Assembly: GCF_006345805.1 (NCBI RefSeq)
Contig: NC_042998.1
Span: 76,074,001 to 76,138,000, forward strand
Length of the DNA stretch: 64,000 bases
Origin: Octopus sinensis
Taxonomy: Eukaryota
Direction: 5' to 3'
The position numbers and the translations under genes are program-made. Numbering within the stretch: the stretch's first letter is position 1; every line of letters starts with the position of its first letter. The notes under the pieces are model-generated. The model worked only from the letters and a program-made list of their open reading frames with translations. It did not search any database and was not told the DNA's origin. Below, piece by piece: positions 14,762 to 27,324 of the stretch.

Positions 14762-15147
14762 TTCGAACCTGGTTTCTCATTCCTAAGGTAATTTTTGATG
14801 TTATTATTATTTAGGTCATTGCCTGGAATCAAACTCGAAATCTTGGGGTTAGTAGCCCGCGCTCTTAACCACTATACCATATGCCTGTGGGTATATGGTT
14901 AAGAGCATAGGCTACTAACCCCAAGATTCTGAGTTCAATTCCAGGCAGTGACCTGAATAATGATAATAACAATAACATCAAAAAATACCTTAGGAATGAG
15001 AACCCAGGTTCGAAATTTCCCCAAGACACCTGATGAAGGCTGGAGGGTGTATCAGCCGAAACATGTTAACAACAAATGAGATGAGGACAAATATCTGTCA
15101 AATGTAAATAGTGTACATAATTCCTCATCTCTTAAATATAGAACTGA
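14762..15147. mobile_element. Palindromic tRNA-like repeat followed by a hammerhead-like motif (Penelope-like/retrozyme-like)
   Basis: Inverted arms 14762-14880 and 14891-15014, each with TGGTTAAGAGC and GAGTT(C/T)(A/G)ATTCC boxes; CTGATGA-A-GGCTG/CAGCC-GAAAC at 15030-15062. Confidence 0.7.
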
Positions 15148-15449
15148 ATTCAGTATATTACTACTAAACTTCTACCAATCTTGGAATTAGAGACTTAAGT
15201 TAACACTGATAGGTTTGAAACTAAGATCAATGATACTATAAAATATTTTCAACTATAGCATAATATATCCTCAACTTTATAATCTTTGATATATGAATTT
15301 TCTGTAAAAATTGCAGAACTGTTTACATCAATGGCTAGAAGAAAAGGCTTAACATATTTAAATTGTTCCATAAAGTGGTACATCTGTGGGATACAGATGT
15401 ACCAATGGGAAAAAGTAATTTACCTGCACGCTAACTTCTAGCTCATTAT

Positions 15450-15720
15450 TGCACTATCTCTTCAGTCTGTCTTGTGGCCTATTTCTGAAAGATACCTTGT
15501 TTGGATATCATCTCTACCTAAGCCCACCCAACACACTTGGCTAGCCTACTTTTTTCTTCCATACTGTATCATGGGTGCTGTACTAGGCACTGTGTCCATT
15601 CTTCCCTACGTATGTTTTTCCTGCAGTCATTATCTGAACATCAGCTACAATGGTCTCCAAAAACCTGCAAAATTCCTGGGTACTGGTTCCTTCTTTTTGA
15701 TTAAACCATAAAAAAAGAAT
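15450..15720 (-). mobile_element. RLE-type (R4/Dong-like) non-LTR element 3' end
   Basis: Degenerate ...EPVP.../LGTARILRKVLET-like C-terminus. Confidence 0.4.
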
Positions 15721-16239
15721 TCCTTAACTGCTAAAGTAACCTGTGTCGTTGATATATAGGAACTGATCTAAGAGTTTCTTATTCATTCAAATCTTCTTAT
15801 CACCTAACTATTGCCTCTCACAATTAGGACAAGTAAAGTTCTACTCAAAGTTGATTTTTAAATTCTATTAGGTTACTAATTCCAGTGTCTTTTACATCAC
15901 ATCTGGATTCCAATTGCCAAGCAAGTCTGGCTCTTACATTTCTTGCAAGTGATGACCTGGTCCTCTGTGTTTTGTACGTTATGATGTTTCTTCAAATGAA
16001 GCTGATCCACAAAAACTAGCACAACAGTTGATAACTGATAGTGTATATCTATATTCAATTGGGCCTATACAGGTATATTTTTAAACCTTAATGCTATGCA
16101 GTGGTCTTGTACCATTAGTGTAGAATTACATATGATAAAATATAATGGATATTTAAGTTACACACATCTTTACAATTCTGTACTAGATAGTTGTTCACAT
16201 GCAATCTATTATCATTTGGTTGAGCTTGCTTGAACATTT

Positions 16240-16600
16240 TTAACACACACCATCCATCTCAATCCTGCATTAGTTGAGGGACGTCTTCAGGGAGGCATCC
16301 AGTGTCACTGGTGAGTTGCTCTACATATGTTGTGTCTGGATGACCAGCTTGAGTATGGCCATGCTTTAGCATCCATAGCAGTAGGTCACTTGCCAGCTCT
16401 TGTTTAGCTCATCAGCAGTCCCACAAAATGCAAGTTCCTTTCCTTTATAAAGGTGGAAATAGGTAGATCTCCACATAGCTGTTTCTTGCTGGGACGAGTT
16501 CTCCAAGATATACTTAAGACTGCTCCTAACATGCAATCTGTAGTATGCTCAATAAAAGATTGACATTTATATACTCAGCTGTGGTGTTTTTACTACATAT
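16240..16600 (-). mobile_element. RTE-X-like LINE C-terminal fragment
   Basis: Reverse strand gives degenerate MLGAVLSISWR...KKQL.../LASDLLLW..KHG...YVEQLTSDTGCLPEDVPQLMQD. Confidence 0.7.
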
Positions 16601-17927
16601 GGATAAAATATCAAATAGTAACTTGGTTCTTATTTGTTGTCTTGTCTAACTTACATTTCTTTAGTGTGCAAAATTATTTTTGCTTTTGGTAGGGTTTATT
16701 GTTTCTAAGGTTAATAGCAATGACCTTTTTCTCTGATGGTTGAGTGTCTTGAAATCTCAGGATAAAATTGGTTTCAGTGTTCACTGAACTTTGTTGGATT
16801 CCTTTTATTTTCAGGTTAGATAAAGTCAATTATTCGTTTGTTATTCAGCGATAAACACTTATTAGTTTTATTGTTGTGGTTAAATCAAGTCAATTTTGAC
16901 TGTCAACTCAATAATAACATAGTCTACTGTATTCAGAAAATAAAACCAAAAATACAATCTCAAAACATCTAATCACTATTAGTCTGCTTGTATAGAAAAT
17001 AACAGTAATTTTCTATTTGAAATGCGCAAATGTTTAGCATGTTGAAATGTTTCATTTACTTCTCCCATATTCCTGAGCTACTATTTTTATCACCAAAACA
17101 TCAAGTTGCAATTAGGTAAAATATTAATTGTAAGTTTGATAATATAATTTGTGTATTGACAGAATATTTTAAGGTATTGAATAGAAAAGAACCCCTACTT
17201 TTTAAAATAAAAGTTCTAACATATATATAGCCTGTGGATTCAAGTGTACACTATAATTAAACTGCTAAATATTCTGACCTTTACTAACAAGTGGCAATAA
17301 ACATTTATAAATATCCAAAACACTTGAATGATACAGGAAAATAAATTTTGACTCAGTGCAGCAACTTTATAGATTGTTTTAATATAATTACTTTTTCTTG
17401 ATGAGGAGGAGCATTAGTCATAGACCATAAAATTTCTTTCTGTTTGAAAGTGTAGAGGAAAAGAAGGTTGATAGATTTTAATGTATATTGATATATGTTG
17501 GATACTTAGACATTGTGAGAGTATATTTTTTAACAGTTGGTTATTGTTCTTTCTGCAAACCACTCAATCATTGGTGAGGCACAGAACTTACTTCAGTGTG
17601 CCTGAATCAGTATAATATGTCTGTTGCAAGGTTTGAACATATAACTAAGTGGTCAGCATCATAACCTTCCAACTATCATGTTGGAGGTAATTTTTTTAAC
17701 TTGAAAATGTATAAAAAAAAAGGAAAGAAGGGAGTGTGATACAGAAGCAGTTTTTAGATTTTGTAGAATAGTGGATACTTAAGAATAACGACAAGTAGTA
17801 GAAAATGAAGGTCAATGGGATTTTGTTTTCAAGTTGACTTATTGCAGAGAAAGAGGTAACTAATTGAATGTCTAGAAGTTTGACCAACCTCTTTGTGGCC
17901 ATCAGTATTCCTGTTGAAGTAATAGCA

Positions 17928-18066
17928 GTGTGTGTGGGGGGGGGGGGGGCACGTGTGTGCATGCACATGTGTGTGTGTGTATGTATGTGTGCATGCATAT
18001 GTGTGTGCGTATGCACATGTGTGTGTGTATGCATGCACATGTGTGTGCATATGTACGTACACATGA
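17928..18066. repeat. Compound (GT)n/(CAYR)n microsatellite with a G14 run
   Basis: Read directly; the source of His/Thr- and Cys/Val-rich false ORFs. Confidence 0.95.
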
Positions 18067-19959
18067 ATGTTTTCTATTATTATTTTGAACAGTGAAAATC
18101 AGTCTAACAGTGGCCTGCCTGCCTGATAACAGGAATTATTTATATATTTATTTTCAAATTGTTAACTACTTTCACATTATCTTGCATTGCTGCTACACAG
18201 TTCTGTTTTAATTGCAGCCAAGTGAAAAACCTATGTTTATTTGAATAAATGTGGGCTAGGTTGTACCTATAGTCATATATCATAATTAATGATTAGTACA
18301 GACCTAATAAATTGTGATATTTTATCTTAATTTTATTTCACTTTCATAAGATAATTTTGAACATGAAATCAGCTAATCTTCAGCTCTGCCTTTATCTATG
18401 GTTCTTTTATAATTTGCAAATGAACAAAATTATTCATCTATTCCAATTATCCATTTTTGTCTATTCACCTTACACAACTTTATTATTATTTTTTTTTTTT
18501 GTATTTCCTTTATTTCCTTTATATTTAAGTAGTGGGACGTGTGGAAATTCCACAGAACAAGAAAGATTTAGAGAAGCTATTTAAGAAAGAAGAGATGATT
18601 TGCATTTTTATTTATATTTTATTATTTCACTTCCAATCACAATTATATGATTTTAGAATTTCTCTCTGCTCAGCACTTTATATTTCTTTCTTTCTCTCTA
18701 CCTCTTCAACAAACTTTTTAACCATGTCTTTAACATTTCTCTCTTTCTCTTCATCTGTCACTTCCACTAGCTACATGAGTAACAGCATAATGCATTGGCT
18801 GGCTATCTGCTCTCTTACTCACTCTCACATTCCCTCTTCCTTTCTCTCACTCCACCTCTTCCTCCTCCTCCTCTCTAACAAATTAATGTGTAAAATGTGG
18901 ACAAATAGGTAGAAGAATAATATTATACCTTTAGTTCAATAAAAAAAATTACTTTTCACTATCAACACACCACCACCACCATCATCACTATAGTTTTCAG
19001 TAACAAAGCTCATTTCATTTCAGTTCAGTTCAGGTGTTTGTTTATATCTACTTTTTCCTGCTGTTGATGTATCTCTACTCTGACAATACAAACGCTCACT
19101 CACTCACACACACACACTCTCTCTCTCTCTCTCCCAATGTAACTGCCTCCCCTGTCCATTTCTCTCTGCATTTCTTTAACGGGAACACCACCCTCTGCTA
19201 AATATTGTATTGTAAACATATTTCTTTCTCCCCCACCACCACCACCACCCCCTACAGTGCACTTCTCTTGGTGTCTTTTCTCTCACTCTTTGCCTCTCCC
19301 TTCAATGAACCATGTAATGCATTTAGCCTTATTACACACCTTTCTCTACTTTTTCCTCACTTCTTTCTTCTCTACTCACATTCCTTCCCTTCTCTCTCTC
19401 ATTTTTACTTCACCTCTCATTCCATCTCCACCTCTCTTACTAACTAAAGTATAATGGGCAGATGAACAAGCTGCTTATTATATAGATATATACTGAATTT
19501 TCCTCATCATATTGATTGAGGTATTTTTATGAAACCTCTGTATCAGCAGGATTATTATCATCACTTTTTAAGTCTCTCCTTCCGTACTAGTATAGGTTGG
19601 ATGGGTCTATTTTGATACAGCATCCCTACTTGTTATCCTTTTGTCATCTTGTGACTCAGCATTCCAAGATCAACCTTACCACTTTTTCCTTTAATTTTCA
19701 ATGCTTATATATTGTTTGCAAATATATATCTGGTTAGATTTGCTTGTAAAAATAGTTTCAGCTTTTATTATAAATAAAAGCTAATAATATTTTTATGAAC
19801 TAATCTATTTTTTATTCCCCAGGGAATTTATTTCTCATTTATTTCTTTTTCCTCAGTGTCCTAATTTATCTCTGAATCAACCATTACTTAGATAAATGCA
19901 GTGAAGTTTTGAGAAAGTATGGAATGATCTCATTTACAGTTGAGCCTAGAACTGTAAGA

Positions 19960-20400
19960 AGTTCCCATTCTGTGGTAGTAGGCTACTAATCTGGCATGCC
20001 ACATGCTGTGATACCTTCTCCAGTGGTGACTTGGTGTGGTCAGCTATCAGCCTAGGCTCTGATGCTCATCAGGTTGAGAAAAGCAAACTGCCAAAATATT
20101 TGTCATTCTCTAACAGGTTTATGGTCAAGCCTGTGGCAGTTGAGACCACCAGTATTCTTGGCCCCTAGACCATATCCTTGCTCACCGCTATTGGGACAGA
20201 GATGGCTGTCTGCAAGTACAAGCCCCATGAATCAGAGTGGCTGTTCCAGTGCATCTCCCTTGTCATCCTCCAGGGCAACTCTTTACATTTTGTCTGCTGG
20301 AACCATGAAGCAGTCTGACTTACAGGAAATTGTATGTTCCACTCCTTAAATACTTAGATCCACTGCTTTATACACCTTCGTCAGAGCCTAAAGGTATTCT
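19960..20400 (-). mobile_element. RTE LINE fragment (APE-RT linker)
   Basis: Degenerate region resembling the linker of the other RTE copies in the window. Confidence 0.5.
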
Positions 20401-20461
20401 TAAGCATTTCACTTTCTCTTGGACATAACTAAATACTGCTGAACATATATCATATTGATAA

Positions 20462-21650
20462 CACTAGACAACAAATTTCAACTTTTTTTTTTGTCACAGA
20501 CATGTAAACTACTGATTCCTACCAAATTTCTGATGTTAATTTCAGGTCTGATATAAAATTTTCTCTATCATGTCCAAACTTCTTAAGTGAAATGTTGGTT
20601 TCTGTTTTCCATAACTGAGATCTGTTGATGGAAGTACTCACCATGTTTGTCACTTACAGCCCCAAGGTTGGTTGGGAGGAAGTCAATATGAGAATGTAAA
20701 AACTGCATTTTCATAGACATTCTGCATTCCATTTTTTCATAAGATTTAAGCAAGTTTTCTATGAGTTCAGTTATTTTCACCTTTTTAGTTTCCAATAAAA
20801 TCTTTGACAACAAAAGTTGTCCATGCTCTTAATTCATTTTCATTTAGATTAGATGGAAATGATGAATCATGGATGACATTGCATATCTGTGGTCCAGTGA
20901 AAATTCCAGCTTCTATCTTAGCATCTGTTAATGTTCCTTTGAATATTGGAAAACATACGCTTCACAAAATTTTTAGAAGGCCAAGTGGTGGAAGATGTAC
21001 TTTCTGAGGTTCAATAAGTGCTGGGTGTTTCACATTGTGTTTACCAACAACACATTCAGTTCCAGATAGCCAGTCATGATTTTTGTAGTGGTTCTTGTCA
21101 TCTCTGCTGTTCCTTATACACAGCACATGTGCTTTGTGTAGCCTAACTGTAATCCAAAAAGTAATGATACAACTTTAAGGTCACCACAAATATTCCATAT
21201 GTGGTCCTTATATTTGATGAGTTTAAGCAGCAGTTTCATTGATTCATAACTCTGATTAAGGCCAGCTGCATGTGCTACAGGTATTGAAGGATTTTCATTG
21301 CCATTGTGCAGTAATACTGCTTTAAGGCTAGCTTTACTAAAATCTTTTGGATCACAGCAAAAGCCAATACTTTCCATCAGGCTACTGATATCATGGCAGA
21401 AACAAATGTTTTCTTCCTGTAAGTAAAATGATGCAAACTGGCGATGGCAATGGCAAAAATGGGAAACCTTAGTGTCTGGCTGGAGAAAATTCCATTCTTG
21501 AAGTCTGGAACCAAGCAACTCTACCTTTTCTTTTGGTAATTCCAAATCATGCACTAAGTCATTTAACATCTGCTTAACTTAACAAATGTGGGAACTAGTT
21601 TCATGTATGTCTTTCCCTATTTTTGCATTTCTGAAATTAAGCTATTTTCT
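20462..21650 (-). mobile_element. Chapaev3-like (CMC) DNA transposon relic
   Basis: LNDLVHDLELPKEKVELLGSRL, SKASLKAVLLHNGN, WNICGDLKVV..LLFGLQLGYTK and MSMKMQFLHSHIDFLPTNLGAVSDKHGEYFHQ motifs; CAC terminus at 20462. Superfamily assignment is from memory of these motifs. Confidence 0.65.
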
Positions 21651-21835
21651 TAACATTTACTATAAACATTGTAATAAAGGAGACTCTTGAAAACTTTTAA
21701 CCATGTAGAATGAAGAGGAAACTAAATCCATTCCTTATTTTGCTTTAAATATTCCTTAATTGTGAACTAAAAGTTAATCATCTTCCTCCACTTAACTACT
21801 TCTATTTTGTTCAGCTCCTTATTGATTCATCTTTT

Positions 21836-22745
21836 ATCTTTTACTTCTTTCAGTCATTGGACTGTGGCCATGTTGGGTCATTGGTTTAGTTGACCTCAGT
21901 GCTTATTTATTAAATTCGGTTCTTATTTTGTCAGTCTCTTTTGCCAAACAACTAAGTTATGGGGACATAAACAAACCAACCCCAGGAGAAGGAGTGACAA
22001 GCACAACATAAACACATATATATATAGACATACATATATATATCCTCATCATCATTTAATCTCCTCCTTCCATGCTGACTTGGGCAGTTTGACAGGAACT
22101 AGCCAGGCAGGAGTCTGTACCATGCTTCTGTGTCTGTTTTGGTATGGTTTTTACAGCTGAATGCTCTTCTCAACACCAACTACCCTGCAGAGTGGGCTGA
22201 GTACTTCTTACATGGCACTTGCACAAGTGTGGTCAGTTTTGGCATGGATGCCATTCCAAATGCCAACTATTTTACAGTGTGGACTGGGTGCTTTTAAAGT
22301 GGCACCTGCATTCACAAGGTCACCAAGTAACTTTGCAAGACAAAGCATCTTTGAGAGGGGAGGGGGATTTGGAGGAGGTGATCGTGTGTCAGATGATGAA
22401 AGGGCCTCATGGAAGCAGTGACAGGTGACTGAGACCTTTAGCAATACACTGTGCTGTGTAGACCTGTCAAGCCAAGTGAGACCATAGTTGTGGCTGATGT
22501 CAGTGTCAGGTCAATGGCACCTTTGCTGGTGGCACCTAAAAAACACCCACAACACTCTTAGAGTGGTTGGTGTTAGGAAGGGCATCCAGCCATAGAAACC
22601 TTACCAAATCAGATCAGAACCTGGTGCAACTCCCCGGCCTACCAGTTTTCAGTCAAACCATCCAACTCATGCCAGCATGGAAAATGGAAATTAAATGATG
22701 ATGATGACAATGGGCTTCTTTCAGTTTCGGTCAACAAATCTACTC
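21836..22745 (-). mobile_element. tRNA-derived SINE split by two back-to-back RTE 3' ends (22046-~22410 minus; ~22420-22708 plus)
   Basis: SINE 3' half at 21836-22030, resuming at 22709 (gggcttctttcagtttc); (CAT)n at 22046 and (GAT)n at 22696-22706. Confidence 0.7.
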
Positions 22746-23008
22746 ATCTATATATATAAAAGAAGAAAAAGAAAACGGAATTTAATCTCTTCTTCTTAGG
22801 GGTGATGCGTAATAAGTGTAAACGTGTGTGTATGTGTATAAATATATATATACATGGATGTATGTCAATGTGCATATGTATTGTGTTCATGCATATATGA
22901 AGTAACAAACTAAGGAAAGGAATTTCTTCAAAGAGGGGTTTGTAAAACATCCAATTCACTGGTATGTCAGTTGAATACCACATAAATATGGGTATAATGC
23001 AAATTACG

Positions 23009-25163
23009 AACAATAAATTAAATAGAGAGATGCAATTGACAATCCAATATTAATGTATATTATAACATAATATACTATGAATATAATATAACATTTTAAA
23101 AAATCATTAAAAACCCAAAATAGCCAACAGTTTGTTTTGACTTATATACATTTTTTGATATATAAACAATTCAATTCACTTAAATCTCTCATCAGAGCTA
23201 AGGTTTAAAGATAGATGAAATTCCACGTGAAAGGACGGCTGGATTGTAAAAAAATTAATTCAAATGCCTATGTATTATGAGCATGAGCATTAACTTTTCA
23301 ACTATAGAGCAAGTACAATTAAAAAACAACAAATTACAATGGACAAAATAATTAAGTAGAATCTACAACTATCAAAGTATATTTCTACATATCTGCAATA
23401 ATATTAATCCAAACTTATTTAGGTTGAAGACAATCTTCCACTATTATAATATAATTTTTTATTAGTTACTTTAAACAATCTTTTTTATATAATACCAATA
23501 TAATTATCATATTTGTTTTTTACATGTTTTATTACAGTTTGTAGTTTAAGTAAGACACTGATACTTAATTTATACACCTATATATTGTTGTTGTATGTTA
23601 TTATAATAGCAAAAATTGACTTTGATCTAAACGAGTTTGGATTAATATTGCTCTTACCTCTGCTGGTGACAAAGGGCCTCTCGCTCAGAGTAAAAGGTAG
23701 ACTGTATGACGCTTGTGTACGAACAGCCATGCTACATGGAAGTGACTGCTGAGGACATGCATAAGCTCGCAAGGAATGAAGCCAGTATGATCCAATGGAT
23801 GTGTAATGTCATTGTGCATACTCAACAGAGTGTAAGTACCTTGAGAGAAAAGTTGGACCAAAGAAGCATCAGATGTGGTATGCAAGAAAGACGATTGCGC
23901 TGGTATGGTCATGTGGCGAGAATGGATGAGGATAAATGTGTGATAAAGTGCCACACCCTAGCGGTTGAGGGAACCTGTGGAAGAGGTAGACCCAGGAAGA
24001 CCTGGGATGAAGTGGTGAAGCACGACCTTCGAACATTAGGCCTCACCAAGGAAATGACTAGCAACCGAGACCTTTGGAAATATGCTGTACTTGAGAAGAC
24101 CCGGCAAGCCAAATGAGACCATAACCTGTGGCTTATGCCAGGAGCATAACCAGCCTGCTTATGCATACCTTTTTCTTCTTTGGTCACTAAACTCTGCTTG
24201 CGAAGACCTGTTGAGGCAAGTGAAATCAAAATCAAATTCAACGACTGGCATCCGTGCTAGTGGGGTGCAAAGAGCACCATATGAGGGTGATCGTTGACAG
24301 AGCAACTAACCGGCTTCTGTGCCAGTGGCACATAAAAGGGCACCATTCGAGTGTGATCATTACCAACGTCACCTTACTGGCACTTGTGCCTGTGCTAGTA
24401 GAGTGCCAGGAGCATCATCTGAGCATGATTGTTGCCAGAGCAGCCAACTGGCTCTGCGCCGGTGGCATGTAAAAGGACACCATTTGAGCATGATCATTAC
24501 CAACATCGCCTTACTGGCACCTGTACTGGTGGCATGTGTAAAAAGATTCGAGCGAGGTCATTGTCAGTACCGCCTGACTGGCCCCATGCTGGTGGCATTT
24601 AAAAAGCACCCACTACACTCTTGGAGTGGTTGGTGTTAGGAAGGGCATCCAGCTGTAGAAACTGCCAGATCAAGATTGGAGCCTGGTGCAGCCGTCTGGT
24701 TCGCCAGCTCTCAGTCAAAATTGTCCAACCCATGCTAGCATGGAAAGCGTATGTTAAACGATGATGATGATGATATATAGAAATATATTTTGATAGTTGT
24801 AGATTCTACTTAATTATTTTGCCCATTATAATTTTATTGTTTTTTAATTGTAATTACTATATAGTTGAAAAGTTAATGCTCATAATGCATAGGCATTTGA
24901 ATTAATTTTTTTACAATCCAGCTGTCCTTTCACATGGAATTTCATCTATCTTTTAACCTTAGCTCTGATGAGACTTATATAAGTGAATTGAATTGTTTAT
25001 ATATCAAAAATATATATAAGTCAAAACAATTTATTGGCTGTGTTGAATTTTTAATGATTTTTTTAATGTTATCTTATGTTATATTATATTATATTTGTAG
25101 TATATTATGTTATATTATAAATAAATTATTGGATTGTCTGTTGCATCTCTCTAATTTATTGTT
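23009..25163. repeat. Long AT-rich inverted repeat (Penelope-like pLTR pair) with the right arm interrupted by an RTE LINE
   Basis: 23009-23455 is the reverse complement of 23600-23651 plus 24776-25163. Confidence 0.8.
23652..24775 (+). mobile_element. 5'-truncated RTE LINE: ORF C-terminus, tandem-repeat 3' UTR and (GAT)n tail
   Basis: LLPLLVTKGLSLRVKGRLYDACVRTAMLHGS / RRLRWYGHVARMDEDKCVIKC...GRGRPRKTWDEVVKHDLRTLGL...EKTRQAK*. Confidence 0.92.
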
Positions 25164-25705
25164 TATATGTGCATATATGTGTATATATGTATATGTGCAG
25201 ATATGTGTGTGCATGTGGATGTTTATATGTGTGTAAGCATATGAGAGTGTCTCTGTATATGTATGCATGTGTACTTGCATATGTACAAATTTTCTTAGCT
25301 TTATTTATACCTTATAAACGTATATTACATTCTTACCTTATTTATATTTAAATTTCCTCTATGATCTCTATTTAATTTATTCATTTATTACTCTAATTCT
25401 ATTTACCTACTCTCTCTTATCTCCAACCAACCTGCAAAACCCCTTGCCTGAACACATAAAAATGCAAATCATAAACAGTATCATTCAGTCTACTATAGTG
25501 AATCCATAAACATATATAAAACATCCAAGGGTATATTATTCTTCCCTCTGAAGAGGATATGCTCAGGGCTTATGAATTCAATATTTAATGAATTCACTGA
25601 GTATTAATTGAAAAAGGTGTAAGGGATGATGATTGATTTGTTGTTAATAGTAAACAATTATTAATTTCCCAACTCCATTTTCTTTTTCTTCTTTTATACA
25701 AATAT

Positions 25706-26110
25706 GGAGTGGCTGTGTGGTAAGTAGCTTGCTAACCAACCACATGGTTCCGGGTTCAGTCCCACTGCGTGGCATCTTGGGCAAGTGTCTTCTGCTATAG
25801 CCTCGGGCCGACCAATGCCTTGTGAGTGGATTTGGTAGACGGAAACTGAAAGAAGCCTGTCGTATATATGTACATATATGTATGTGTGTGTATGTTTGTG
25901 TGTCTGTGTTTGTCCCCCCAACATTGCTTGACAACCGATGCTGGAGTGTTTACGTCCCAGTCACTTAGCGGTTCGGCAAAAAAGAGACCGATAGAATAAG
26001 TACTGGGCTTACAAAGAATAAGTCCCGGGGTAGATTTGCTCGACTAAAGGCGGTGCTCCAGCATGGCCACAGTCAAATGACTGAAACAAGTAAAAAGAGT
26101 AAAAAAAGAG
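25706..26110 (+). mobile_element. Full-length tRNA-derived SINE with internal (TA/TG)n
   Basis: GGAGTGGCTGTGTGGTAAG head, GGTTCAGTCCC B-box region, AAAAGAGT-repeat tail; several copies in the window. Confidence 0.9.
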
Positions 26111-26940
26111 TATATTATTTTAAGGAAATTAATTCCCCCAATATATTAGGTATTGAACCAGTATTTCCTTGGATGGCACCATCCCTTCATGAGGCCAACA
26201 TAAACTCTTATCAATATATATATATTTTGCCAGTTTAACAAAATGACCATTTTATATATATATATATTATCATCATCATTTAACTGCTGTATTCTATGCT
26301 AGCATGGATTGGATGGTTCAAAAGGATTTGACAATTCAGAGGACTGCATTGGACTCTAATGTCTGCTTTTAGCAAGGTTTCTACAGCTGGATGCCTTTCC
26401 TATTGCTGGCCACTTTACAAAGTGTACTGGGTGCTTTTTTTCATAGCACCGACACAAATGAGTTCACCAAGTAACTTTCTAGGCAAAACCCAATGGCAGA
26501 ATTAAAATTTAGTATTGAGAGAGGTGGCTTTGTGCTGGGGTTGAGAGGCTAAAGTGTGATAGAAGAACAGTGCTGTCTTCCTTAAACTAATGAATAAAAA
26601 AGGAAGTTCCTAATGTTGGTTATAACTACTCTGTCATATCATATCATAACATTTGAATTTCATTCCATCATTAAGAAGGTATCAATTATTTAAACATATG
26701 TCAATAAGGAGCTAAGAAAATAGAAGTATTAAAAATTGTTAAAGCTAAATGTTGTTACTATTTTTGTCTAATTTTGAAAGTTGTTCCAAATATTTGAATC
26801 TGTGAATAACATTCCCTATTTATCTATTTATCTCATATTTAGTTGGTTTGTTTATCTGTAATTCTAATCTTTTCATTAAAGTATTTAATCTAAGTTTTAT
26901 ATTTTACATTGACAAACTATCGATGCTGAAGCATGATTCA

Positions 26941-27324
26941 TAAGTTCCTCACTCAGCTGTCAATCTTTTTTATTACTACTCCTACCCCTAAGTTCCTCAC
27001 TCAGCTGTCAATCTTTTTTATTACTACTCTTACTCCTAAGTTCCTCACTCAGCTGTCAATCTTTTTTATTACTACTCTTACCCCTAAGTTCCTCACTCAG
27101 CTGTCAATATTTTTTATTACTACTCTTACCCCTAAGTTCCTCACTCAGCTGTCAATATTTTTTATTACTACTCTTACTCCTAAGTTCCTCACTCAGCTGT
27201 CAATCTTTTTTATTACTACTCTTACTCCTAAGTTCCTCACTCAGCTGTCAATCTTTTTTATTACTACTCTTACTCCTAAGTTCCTCACTCAGCTGTCAAT
27301 CTTTTTTATTACTACTCTTACTCC
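26941..27324. repeat. 48-bp minisatellite, 8 near-identical units
   Basis: Unit TAAGTTCCTCACTCAGCTGTCAAT(C/A)TTTTTTATTACTACTC(T/C)TAC(T/C)CC starting at 26941, 26989 ... 27277. Confidence 0.97.

Noticed and set aside
14891-14965. tRNA gene (also the SINE heads at 25706, 35471, 44287, 54457)
   Set aside because: A/B boxes are present, but there is no convincing cloverleaf or acceptor stem and each continues into a repeat body.
17537-17686. AG/GT-bounded candidate exon (MSVARFEHITKWSAS*)
   Set aside because: In-frame stop and no SH3 signature; it could be a UTR exon but is unsupported.
17696-18095. His/Thr- and Cys/Val-rich ORFs (also 43134-43551, 53088-53357, 55218-55585)
   Set aside because: Microsatellite translation artefacts.
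18532-18912. 126-aa ORF after a strong pyrimidine tract
   Set aside because: No domain similarity, no donor site, and it runs into low-complexity sequence.
25547-25590. CTGAAGA motif in Penelope-like sequence
   Set aside because: No downstream GAAA with a paired stem II.
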